Below, in pieces: positions 22,977-35,612 of a DNA stretch of 64,000 nt. Within the stretch, counting starts at the first letter, position 1. Every line of letters starts with the position of its first letter. The DNA comes from Blasia pusilla (lineage: Eukaryota), in contig CM114271.1 in assembly GCA_050084515.1 (NCBI GenBank), forward strand, positions 26,784,001-26,848,000, read 5' to 3'. The position numbers were made by a program, and so were the translations under genes. The notes below the pieces were generated by a model. That model was not told where the DNA came from, ran no database searches, and was given only the letters and a program-made list of their open reading frames with translations.

Positions 22977-25900
22977 ACCGCATACCGGTTTCTTCAACCC
23001 GGTCGTCGGCCCCGCCACACTCGAAACAGTTTTGGCCTATGCTAACCAGTTGGATACCTTTCCTTTCGTGCCCCATGTCCTCAACTGTAAGCAGCGCGGA
23101 TTCCTCCGTGTATCTCAGGCTGTTATTCGATTGAGAAGCGCATCACAATTCATCTCCAGATACTTCCAAGAACGCAGAACATCGCCGCACTTCTCCAACT
23201 GCGCCACTCTCTCTGCGAGCCTTCCTGCCCGCGGAGACACGAGGTACTCGAGTACTCTTGCAACTGTCCGAAGTAGTCTGACGACACGCTCAGGCAGACG
23301 CGCGTCCCGCAAAGGCCTGCGAGAATCCTGCAAACTGGAGGACCTTGAAATCGGCAGAAGCGTACGCAACATTTTGGATTCTCCCTGAGAGAATGGGGAA
23401 AAGACACTCACGAAGAGACTATGCGATGATCTACAGAGTCTGCGCTCGAGGGAGTAAGGTACGGTGGAAGGAGAGTGTTGAATTGTTTACTCAGTCCAAA
23501 AATATTCATCGTGATTTCGTTTTAAAGGGTTGTGCCTCTGTTGTAGGGATCGGCAAGGTTATTGCACTGAAATTATTTCCTTACAGAGATACAAATACAA
23601 AGAGGTATCACGGAGTCGATCCACCAACTTCTGTACTAACAAGGTTTAAAGACTATTTATTCTGTACGCGAAAGCATTTCACGGCCCTCACAAAAAAGCG
23701 ATCTGAATCACTCGAGACGAGCGAGAACTAGTTTACAGGGAAAGGAAGAGAAATAATATTTGTCCACGCGTTTGGCAACGACCGTTGCAGTCTTCATGGA
23801 ATTTTCGCCGCAGGAACACAGGATGACCTTAAGCCAAGCCAGTGCACTGTCCATGGTATACGAATTTGTACAGCGTGCAAACTGCTAAAGGTGGCCAATG
23901 AGAGGTTTCCTGACCTGGAACTCACGGCACACTGAAAGATAAAGACTGAGAAGTGGAAGTTGGTGGTCACGTACAGCCACAAGGTCGGCCAGGAAAGAGT
24001 GTTACGAGCACGGATATTCTGCTGAATACTCGCCTTGACTGGACGGGATCAGTCCTGCGTGGAGATTACTCTTGTTGTAAATCAATTATCAGTCCTGTGG
24101 TACCCGTGGAAAATAATGAGTCAAGTTCGTCGTTGCAAATGGGGAAACTCTTGTAGGAGATCTTATCCCATGGACACTTTTCTTGGGGTCGCTTGCGATC
24201 CCAAGAAATCGCATTCCGGCTGAGACCTTTGGCCAGCCAGCGGTTTTCAGCCGGTTTCCGGGAGGGAGGGTGTGAAGACAAAAGACTCAATAGGTCGTAG
24301 AATTGCGCCCAAAAATGTTGGGCGCAAGAAATCTGAAGACCCCGTCAAATTTTTGTGACTCCGGCATACAAAAATGTCATCTCGGTCGTAGGATCCATAT
24401 GATGTGGTCTAACCTCCGACGTTGGTGAGCGATGTTGGCCCATGGGATAAGGCCCCTAAAGTATCTTGATCTGGGCAATTCAATCGATGAGTCTATGTTC
24501 AGATCCACGCTCTCAAGCTTGCGTCGGTACCATTTTGTATCTACGTTATTAGAAGACGATGGGTTTGAGAATCCCATTGTATACACTTTTGCCGTAGTTT
24601 TCAACAAGTGAGTTAACAGGTTTAGGCATAAAGGTGGTTTAACAAGTGATGTGCCCTTTCACGTGAAATATAAGTATAATAAATTTAAGTATGATAAATT
24701 TATCATGAATTTTCACAAAATGGTGAAGTCGAATTATTGAAAGAATTTGATAGAGGGTTCAGAGTTTAAATCTATATTATTATTGCAAAGTGCCTCTTCT
24801 ATTTTCAAACTCCTCTCTCATTGACACATGTCCCCCTTAGCCAATGCAATCACTTAGAATTGATTTAAAGGGTATGTTCAATCCTAAATTATATTTCTAT
24901 CATAATGATGGCTTCCATTAGTATTCCTTTATTGCCATCGCGGAAGTTTGAACAAAAATTTCAGAGAGCTAAGAAGATAAGTGCACATAAGATGTTGTGC
25001 AAGATCATGTCATCAAGCAATTTCGCCAATGGATCTCAATAATCAAAAGTCTACATGTACATAAAGCATACATGTCCTCTTGGAGATAGTCATACCGTTC
25101 ATATACCTTCTACCTCAAAAGGAAGTTGTTAACTTTTGACGTAAGATTGACACATGATTAGTTAAGGAGCAAAGGAGATTGACATGGGGGTTACTCTGTC
25201 CAATTTATCTCATACACATAGATTAGCTTAGAATTGCATCTCCTAATGATTCACATGGAAGAAATATGGAGGCATCTTCATGGAGGAAATATACCTCTTG
25301 CTTAAAGGCATATTCCTTCTATACTTTGAGTGTGCCCAAATAGAGGGATCTATTTGTGAAGGTTTCATTCCCTTTGTTTTTAAAGGTTAAGAGTGACAGA
25401 GGGGTGAACGAGCACTTAGGGTTTGTACTTCTCACTTTGTGGTAGTCCCAATAGAAATTTTCATTGTTTCCAAGTTGAGTCATTGTCGATGTTGGATGTA
25501 AGAGTGCCAAATAAGAAAAATTATATTAAGAGTCAAAATAACCACAATGAGAAGATCTTTGAACCCATTTTTTATTTTTTGACATTGGTATGTTATGTAG
25601 AATAGATTATCGTTGTTTTCTTTTTGGATTCATATGTACAATAATATGAGAATTTTTCATCTATTAAAGTTTATTTTTTTGGAAGGTAGAACGGTTTTTA
25701 GACCATATGGAGATGACTACCAACATATCACAAAGCTATTGGAACTTAAAGCCCGCCATGTTCAAGAGGCAAAGCGATTTTTGAAGGAGAAAGGATTCAA
25801 TGGATTGAAACAATATGGATTTCCTTATATGTGCAACATTATAAAAGTACAATCAGGCTAACTACAACATAAGTCCCACGACTTCAGATTGGCATCACAA

Positions 25901-28001
25901 ATACCTTAGAGAAGCATTGAAAAGTCAAATTGACAATTCTTATAGTGCTTTGGGAAATATTACATATTACATATTGGATTTGAATTTGAATTCTATGTGA
26001 GATCCGTCTATGGGTCCTAAGATCACAAAAACTCCACATATACATACCTTTATACTTGGGGATGATATTATTTCAAGAAAATAGGAGAGCCTCTCTTGTA
26101 AAGTAAGATTAGAGAAATGAGCTATCATGGAAAAACACATATAACATCTATACTTGTTGGGGCTCAAATTTGGTGGCTAAAACTTGCTAGTTTTAGGATG
26201 TAGGGTAAAGACTCTACTACTAATAAGTCCCTAAGCCCATGTCCCTAAAAATTACTCAAGCCTACTTTTGAAATCAACAATGCTCTAAGAAAACTTTTCA
26301 AGAATATGAGCATCTATAGATCTCTAACATGCTTCATACATAAATATCATATGGATGGTGCAAAAAGTAAAATTTAATTTCATCAAGGGAAATGAATCCC
26401 TAAGCCTAAGATCCTAAACAAACCCCATTTTTTTACTACTTCTTACATATGAAATAAACAAATCCTAATGAAGCAATGTTAAATCCATTAATATCCAAAC
26501 ATCCGTGTCAATGTTGTCGCAACAAAATCATTTGCACCATACAGAAAGAATAAGTTACCTTCAACAAGGGTAATGAATCCCTAAAGCCTAAATACTAGTG
26601 AACCCCTTAATGTTGTCAACTTATGAAATAAAAAACCCCCAATGAAGCAATGCCAATATAGCAAGCAATGTCCTATATGGACATCCATATGTCCATATAG
26701 CTACATGTTGCACAATAGTAAAAGCATTATTTTATCTCATAAGAATGTTAAAACAAAATTTCACACTTGACTATCAATTAATGATACATATCATTTCCTC
26801 CATCATCAATATATGTAAAAAAATTTACGATCCTAGACTTGCATTCACATAAGGATTTAATTCAAGTTCTGGCTTCCAATTTTGAGCAAGGATTAGAAAT
26901 GCTCTTAAAGCTTTGAGCCCTAAAAGACCTATTCCATGTAAGTATGTCATTGTCCCAATGCATCCCTTTGCAATGTGCATGAAATGCCCTTAGTGAACCT
27001 TATGCGTCACAATCACTTATGAAAATATGAAGATGATGCAAGAACAGCGTACTTACTTGTCAGTAGATATTTCCTCAAAAATCACTTAGGCGTGGCTCGA
27101 GCAATTATTTCAGTGATAGGCAATGATCCTAGAGACACAACTTGGGGAAGTGGTGCAATTAGTGGGGGTGAGATCGGCATTGAGGGCACTCCATGAATGG
27201 CAACTTGCCATCCTTGCACAACTTGATGAGTTTTGGCCAACTGTCAAGTGCAAGGATATTTCTCCCAAAGAACGAAAAAACTTGCATGCTATCGCCATTC
27301 ATCGTTGTTATGTCAAGTATCAAATCCTCCAATTTTGAGCGACTCTCTTATAGAGTCTACAGAAGGTTTGGAGACTTTTCTCGGCCTCCCTGATGTGGCT
27401 TGCCATTCTTGTCAACAGGCAAGTTGGGAATGTTTGCCAAAGTTTGAACGAAGATCCCATCCGAGTCCTTGTCAACAAGATCATCTATTTGAACTAGTTG
27501 GAATCCATTTGTCAGCCGTGTGAAATAGAAAACTTGAGAATATTCAATCTTTCTAAAATAATCAAAGATGTTAGAAAAAAGTGAAGAGGACTTGTTCATT
27601 GAGGCGACTAATCAAAGAGAAGTGGATTTCAGCAGCAATCCGTTGTAGATCGAGCTACAAGTTGTTGGAAAAGAATTTGACATGAACAAACATACAACTA
27701 AATAACTTGAAAGAAACTTACCCTCCCTTGAAATCTCGTGCTTCACATGGAAATATTGTTGGAGGCCACACTTTTTTTTTGTAGTCTCCCACTTTAACTC
27801 CCACACATTAGAGACTAATAAACTAATCTCCTTCACCTCCATGAGAAGCAATGAAGCAGCCATGGTCACTACAATAGACATCGATAAAAGAGAAGAGATA
27901 ATTTATCTAGTCATATGAAAGTGATTTATTCCAAGGAGGCTTTTTGTCTCTACTTTTACCTCCCCGAAATCAGTGTTTGGTTGGAACGGGAGAATACAAA
28001 A

Positions 28002-28600
28002 CACTAGAAGAAAATGGGGGATTTATGACTAGGATATACGAGGAAAAAGGATCGTAGAGTCAAAAAAGCCAAGACATAAATCCTTAATGACTACAACAAC
28101 TACCGTGGTTTTCTGACATGGACATGAAAGATGAGTCAAGGACTAAGTCATATTATAATGAGTGCCACATTAAATAGACGACGTGGACAAAATGACGCAT
28201 TAGCTTGTGACATGTATTAAATGTTAAAATACATATCCAAATACTCCAATAATATTGTGACACATATAAAGTAGCCAATAACATTTGGTATTTTGTAATT
28301 CGGTTGGTAATTTTGTCATGATTACATGAGTAATATTATCCTTCTATACTCATAAACTATTATTGTTATGATCAGATGACTAAGAGGTGTAACTAGAATC
28401 AATTTCAAATGATTCACAGATGTAGCAAAGTCATTTTTGAATGACTTAGAGATATAACAAAAGTTATTTCCAAATGATTGTCTATTATTATAGTGATCCA
28501 AGTAGTCATTGATTTGATATCATTTCATTTGTGAGTTGTGACTTACATACTTATTCAATCATGACTACGTAAGTTTAGGTCATATTCTAGTTTTGTAGGC
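28002..28600 (+). mobile_element. CACTA-type terminus with subterminal repeats
   Basis: Begins CACTAGAAGAAAA, followed by many ATGACT(A)/AGTCAT motifs in both orientations. The first 13 nt match the TIR at 56739 except for one base. Confidence 0.55.
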
Positions 28601-29190
28601 TTTTGGAGTTGTTTGAGATTTATGAAACATAAACCAGACTTGGAGTTTAGCGAAGAAAAGTGCAAAGTGGGTTAAACCACGAAATGGTAGATATATGTAA
28701 CGGGCACAAAATTTATCTTGAAAAAATCATTAACTCCATTGAACTTGCCAAAAGACTCACTTTTAGCAAGGTATGAACCAAGGAAGAGTAGGGTTAGGAT
28801 GCTCATTAAAAGAAAAGACTAAGCTTGTATGTCAGGTGGAAAGGAAGCCACACATTGCAAAATAAGCCTAAAAAAGGTCATGTTATGTTCAAAACTACAA
28901 ATTTAAAACTTTTATTGAAGCTTTTATGTGCAAAAAAAGCTTACCAAAAACCCTTTACAACCATGAAAAATGTTATAGATTGTAAAGATTAGCTTCAAAA
29001 TATGATACATATTGATGTTCAATGGTATTCTGAAGTCAATAGCAAAATTGTAAATATATTATCAGTGAGTATGATGCCAACAAGATTTAATGAGAACCCT
29101 TTCTCATACGCATTTCTGGCCATAGTATGGTTGAACCTAAAAGCATCTCCAAAAGTAAAATGTCATGGCTCATCCGCATTATTAGGTGTA

Positions 29191-30152
29191 GAGTTATTAT
29201 GTAAACCCTCCATTCTCTCACGACAGGAATCAACAATGGTAGTGCCGAGGCAATCACTTCTTCATAACATCAAACCCCAAAATTCCCAACTATGAAATCC
29301 TTATAAACTACTTTACGTTTGTACACAAGGAAAAATAGCACAAAGAATGTTAAACCCTACTCGATCAGGCCTATTGACATCCATGGATTGCTATGTAAGG
29401 ATATACAAAATACAATCCCATGTCCTTTTATAGGTGACTTTAGGAAGAATCACCGAAGTTGGAGATTACATGACTTGGTTCATGAACGCCTCCTTGAAGT
29501 GATAAACTAGATAGCGAGTGAACCAACGTCAATCTACAAAGAGAATCTTGACATGGTACGGGTTAAGAAAAGGAAAAGTGGGCACAACTCGTGCTCCATC
29601 CCTATCCATATTTGACGGACATCCTCTACTCTCCTCTAGAATGGGGTTTGGCGGAGTTGCCCTCCCAAGAGGGGTAATCCACCCTCATCGGAAAAATAAC
29701 AAGTCAAACCATCTTCTATTACTAGTATGACTAAACTCTCCTAAGGTGACAAGTCTCTCGCCTCCACACAGATCACACTCTAGAATCCTCTCGAAAAGGT
29801 CAAGTTACTCTCCCAAAAAAAGTAATCCACTCTCATTGGAAGAGCAAGCAATCCCAAAGTCATCCATTCAAGAGTGACACGAGAAACTCAAGATATGAAG
29901 TAGAAGGTGATGAACCCTTGAAGGTCCCTCCTCTTTATATGCTCACAAGGGATCTACAAGAATACGAAACAAGGCTTAATTTATCTTGTGCCACATGGCT
30001 TCCTCTCAAGGCTTAGCCAATCACATTTTGACATCTTAAGGAGGTTTACGCATGGGAATTTTATTTTCCTAGGCTATTTTACTTAATACTTATGAAACTC
30101 TCTCTAACACTTAATGATAAAGGAGTTTACGTAGTGGGTGATTTTACTATGC
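29191..30152 (-). repeat. Decayed LTR of family X
   Basis: Colinear similarity to 34004-34847 and to the reverse complement of 41624-42903 (for example ATCTTGTGCCACATGGCTTCCTC, GGCTTAGCCAATCACA, CTAACACTTAATGA). Termini are eroded. Confidence 0.85.
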
Positions 30153-33100
30153 GTCTCCATGCATCTCTTGTTCAACATTATGGGATAGCAATGAGAGAAA
30201 CAAATTGTAATATAAAATAGGGCATATCTCTAGGACCAACACAGGTAGATGACCCACATGTAGAGGTCACTGGAGGAACTAGGTGATTTTAGAACTAGAG
30301 TATTTACAACTAGATCCTATAGCATTAGTTTTACAACTAGAAATCCTAAGATTACTAACATGTAATTATCTAGTCGTATTATGTCACTAAGCATGAGACA
30401 TGATTTAAGCTTTATAATTAGTAATAAAGAATATTTAGAGTTAAATGATTTTATATTACATTTTATGAATTGGAATTGAAATTAACTAGATCTAGTCCTC
30501 TTAATTATATGTAGTTGATTTGTAATAATTAATAGGATATGATGTGTAAGAACTAAGAATAATGATGAATTGGTTAATATTTAATGAATAAGTATAAATA
30601 TTGCATGGAAATATAAGTACTAGTTGAAGTCATAAACTAAAAAAAAAAGACCCAAGTAGCATAGAGACCCAGGTGGCATACGCCACCTCGGTCTTCTCTT
30701 ATTTAAGAAAAAAAATAAAGCGGGAGTCGAATTTGCAAATAGACAAGTTTCAAAGAAGAAGTGACCACCCGATCAAACCCTACCCTCGAAATAGTTTTGT
30801 GGCATGCGCTCTTGTTACTGGTGATCATGTGCGGTTCTAGCGCTTAGGAAGATCCGACGTTGAGCATTTTGCATTGTGAAAAGTTGAAGGCTACGGCGCA
30901 ACCTAGACAGTTTTGGTCTCAAAGGAGTGTATACTCTTCATATGAGAGCTCCCATATGCGCATTCTACTGCTCCATTCCCATTTCCCTTGAAATCAATCA
31001 AAGGGCTCGAGATTCCTCAACTACGCTCTTGAGAGAAATACGGACGTTGCTACTCTCCTCTGCTTTCGGTAGCTCTAGTTGTTAAGTTATATTCACAGAA
31101 TCGAACTGTTGGAATGAAATGTCATGGAGCCTGTCGCGACACTCAATTAATGACTGCTTTGTTGCAAGTGAAGTTAAAGGTTCTCGTGATATTCATGTCT
31201 GTGCGTGTGTTTGCACGGAAGTGCTCAAGCTGATGTTCAAACAATGGGTGATGTTAGGGAGAAAATTTGCTTAGATATCTTCCATGTCCGTCTGTGAGCC
31301 TCTTCATCTCATAGAAAATTTGGTCGAAGCTTCTAACGAGCTCCCCGTGCTTTTGAGGATTATGTTGACTTTATCTCTATCGCAATGTATATGTCTATCT
31401 TACTCTCACTCGCTCGGTATGCAACGGACAAAAACTAGGATGTTCTAAAGTGATGCACCGTCATGGGAAGGAAGAGGGATCAATCAGAAAACTCTTCTAA
31501 TAGCAAACATCAATCTTCATCTCCGCGTCGCCTCATCCGCGCTTTCTACTTAACACTCATAGCATGGACAACAGCACAAAGAAGTTGGTATCGTAGGATT
31601 CCCACTGGTATCTCTAGCAACGGAAAATGAGCAATGATTGTTGCAATGTTTGGGGAATTGGGAGCTCCGTTGGTAAGGTGAAATTGATTTGAGAGTTTAC
31701 TTGTTGCAAGCGTGGGGGAAGATGCAATGCTTTATAGGTGAGTTGTGGATGAATGTGGTTTGATCATGAGATGGAGTGGGCAGCACAACAACAATAGCTT
31801 CCGATTGAGCTTGCGGGATACATCTGAGGACGTAATCCTCTGTTGATTTCACTTATAGCTCCAATTCGTTGATTCGAGACTGTCTCTCTTCAATTCGTTC
31901 CTGTTTCGAATTCAAGAAGCGGACCAACCTATTGAGTTCAAGTGAGAAGAAATTTCAAGGATCTAACATCATTTGTCATTTATCTTCACTACCGATATCT
32001 TCTACGGCAAGGATGTGAAAGAATTAGTGGAAGTAGCAGTTGGCCTTTCATGTGGTTAAACTAGCAACCACTACGACATGCCTACTATTACTCCTCACAA
32101 ATTAGGCCATTAGGTAGCAAGCAGTTTGCAAAATAGCAGCAAGCGCTTGAAACCTCCAAGAAGATCAAAAGTCCATACCTTTTCAAAGGTCCAATTGCTC
32201 ATTTTTTGTGACCTAATTGTTTAAGAAGGGAATTTTTCTTCCATAAACTTGCATCTGTCCTACACTCTTACCTACGAAGTCATCTTGCTTAGTCACATAT
32301 ATTGGTTCTTCATTATTAGGCCCTTCATCATGGTGTATTCAAGTGGAGTTGATTGAGCTCAACTCTCCTTACCTAGAAGAGTTTCCTCCATAGTTCTAAG
32401 TGAACAGGTGCCACATATTCCTTTTGTGTCTTTATTGGCCTTGCAAGCATACATACTATGCCTTGGACGGAAAATGATGGAGATTATAATGAGTGTAGAG
32501 AGAGTCATGCCCATACAAATCGCTACACAACATACATCGCTATCAACAAACATACACACAAACACGCACGATCGATGCTAACTCATGGCATCCAAACAAC
32601 GAGACAAGAAGTACCAAAATATCTCCAATAAATCAAGTAGATCTCTCTCCACACCATAGCTCTGTACACTCTCTCAATGTCAAACCAAACGCACTCCTAA
32701 TAAGAGGCTTGGGTTACACTCACAAGGCAAGGGACCAGAGGTTCAACAAAGAGAGAATGAGCTCTCAAGCTCTCTCTCCTTGAAGTATACCCCCTTTCCT
32801 CTCCCAAGCTCTGTCCTCGTTAACCTAGCTTGCACGTCACCTCCTTGGCTCTTGATTTGCTGTAGCGGGTCAAGGGCCACTTCCCAAAGTATAAGGTAAA
32901 CTCTATCCCTTACCCAAAATAGTAAGTTTCTCTATATGGCTCCAAATGAGCCGAAACGGAGGGAAAACTTGCTCTCACATGTTACTTGTGGCCTCAACAC
33001 GTCATCGTCTACCTCCTCAGGCTATCCTCTAGTATCCTCAAAGGCGCTCTACTAGATCTCGCCCATCTATCCTAAAAGTCATGACAACTGTCGTGTGCAT

Positions 33101-34003
33101 ACACATCGCTACACAACATACATCACTGTCAACATACATACACACAAACACGATCCCATGCTAACTCATGGCATCAAAAAAATGAGATAAAAAGTACCAA
33201 AATATCTCCCATCGCCCTCCTAGCTGGTGGTTAGGTCCCTCTAACTCCAGATAGCCATCTATCCCTACCTACCATGTCATACATCTCTCGGACGCTAGGA
33301 GCAAAAAGGCCGGGTGCTCATATGGCCCCATCGTTAGTCGCCTTATTGTCATCTTTTTCACAGACACAAGTCAGAATCTATAACTACCTACTCTATGTAC
33401 ATCAGGGACACATCCATTGTCCCTTAGGAATCCTAGTGAGAGGTGACATTAGACATGCCATATGACACCCTCTTGAACACCCATCACAGGCTAGCATAGT
33501 GGTTGCACCATTGGTGGAACCACACAACGTACATGGCAAGTCTGCAGGAACTACTGCTAAGATCGGATCAACTGTATCGTCAATGTTAGGAAGGTGACAT
33601 GACGCATAGTTACCGAAATGGTCATTCCAAACCATACCATCGCGTTCTCCAACAAGAGAACACCAGATGGCAAAATCTCACATACTCTCAAGATGGTACG
33701 CCGTACAGTCACATCCAATGTCATGGATGTCGTTTGCTGCAAGTAGACATAATCTTTGTGATGAAACCTCCGGATAGTAGGTCGATAACCACCTCATCGA
33801 ATAGTCGCATACCTTTACGTATCATGATGTTGCGCAATCGCCAAGTTCTCAAACGCCATGGGCATCACTCTCCAAAATAACTCAACCCTCTAAGAACATG
33901 CTCGCATCCATACATCAAGGTCATCAAGGTTCAACACCTCACCAACATCTCAACAAATGGCGGTAGGTAAATCAGACTCTCGGCCATAAAGCAGCAAGTA
34001 CGA

Positions 34004-34847
34004 TGTCTTGTCGAGAGCCTTTCTTCGAGTAAGGGCAGACCTTCTAGTTGCGATAGACGTGGTCGATGCAAGATGAACTCTCTAAGAAGTTCTCCTTTTT
34101 CAATACAAAATTATTATGTATACTCTCCATTCTCTCACGACAAGTATCACAAATGGAAGTGTCAAGGCGATCTCTTCTTCGTTACATCGAATCCCAAAAT
34201 TCCTAACTATAAAATCCCTATAAACTATTTTACGTTTGCACACGATGAAGATAGCACAACTAGTGTTAAACCCTGCGCCCATGGATCGCTATATAAGGAC
34301 ATACAAAGTACAATCCCATGTCCTTCTAGATGTGACGATAGGAAGAATCACCGGAGTTGGAGATTGTATGACCTGGTTCATGAACATCTCTCCAAAGTGA
34401 TAAACTAAATAGAAGGTCCTTCCTCTTTATATACTTACAAGGGATCCAGAAGAGTACGAAATAGAGCTAATCTTATCTTGTGCCACATGGCTTCCTCGCA
34501 AGGCTTAGCCAATCACAATTTGACACAAGTAGAGTTCCTCTTATCTCTTCCAAAATATCCTTTTTCATCCACTTGATATTTTCCAAATTACCCCAACTAA
34601 GCTAGCCACCAACCAAGACTACTTTTGCTTTTTATTAAAGCACCAACCTTGCTACTTTACTTTTATAAAGTCATCTTTTATTTATTACCTATTTTCCTAA
34701 AGTTGGGCCCGCATGAAAGAGACACCATAAAGAGGTTTAAATATGGGAATTTCCTTTTCCTAAGCTAATTTACTTAATACTAATAAAACTCTATCTAACA
34801 CTTAATGAGGAAGGAGTTTACACACTGGCTCATTTAAATGTATGACA
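34004..34847 (-). mobile_element. Solo LTR (family X) with 4-bp TSD ACGA
   Basis: TGTC...GACA termini; ACGA at 34000-34003 and 34848-34851. Removing the LTR and one TSD copy restores the integrase frame. Internally deleted relative to the 1280-bp LTR at 41624-42903. Confidence 0.9.
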
Positions 34848-35612
34848 ACGATGAGAAAGATGTTGAGGATGCTTGCCGACTAAATCTGTATCCCAACCAT
34901 GGCAACTGAAGTTCCCAGTCTCCTAGGTTACCTCTCTGCAAGCCATACTTGCATAATCCTCTCTTCACCATCTACAAAACACTCTCCGCTAGTCCATCCG
35001 CCTCATAAATGATCTCGCGAAATGGTGCGGTGTTCCATAAGTGCCTTATCACACAACGCTTGAAACTCCCTTCAAAACTTTGTACCGTGGTTTGTCAACA
35101 CCTGAGTTGGTGCGCCGCGAATGACTCATCACTCGATCTAGGAAGGCATACGCTACTCCCTCTCTTGCTTTGTCAGACAATGCAACCAACTCTATCCACA
35201 TTGAGAAATGCTCGACCATCACCAACACATAACGACTATGGCGCTCCGTCAAAGGCAAAGCTCCTCCAAAATCCAAACTGCATCTATAACCCTAACCCAT
35301 GATCGGAAGTGGATGCAACTGTGGAGTTGGAGCATTGAATGATGCTTGGACTCGATCACACACAATGCACGTGGCAACAAATTTTTGAACGTCAGTCTGC
35401 ATGCTTCGCCACCAATACTGTATCTAGAACAAGCCATACGTCCACTTCACCAAACTCCCGGTGAGCATGACACACCAAACATGCTCTCTGCGAAGGATGA
35501 GGCACAACACATACTTTACCATCCTCAATCCTAAACTTGCAACACATATGTCCCCTCCCACCGGAACCGTCTTGCTCACTGTAGGATGTGATTCTGCTCT
35601 CTAGCACCCACT

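Noticed and set aside
22663-23388. 241-aa ORF with an 18-aa repeat
   Set aside because: Non-ATG start. Openness is explained by the 54-bp tandem repeat, and there is no recognisable domain.
25600-27900. Decayed coding-like fragments (HKSHDFR at ~25870; ECPQCR at ~27190, minus strand)
   Set aside because: Probably transposon relics, but too degraded to assign to a family.
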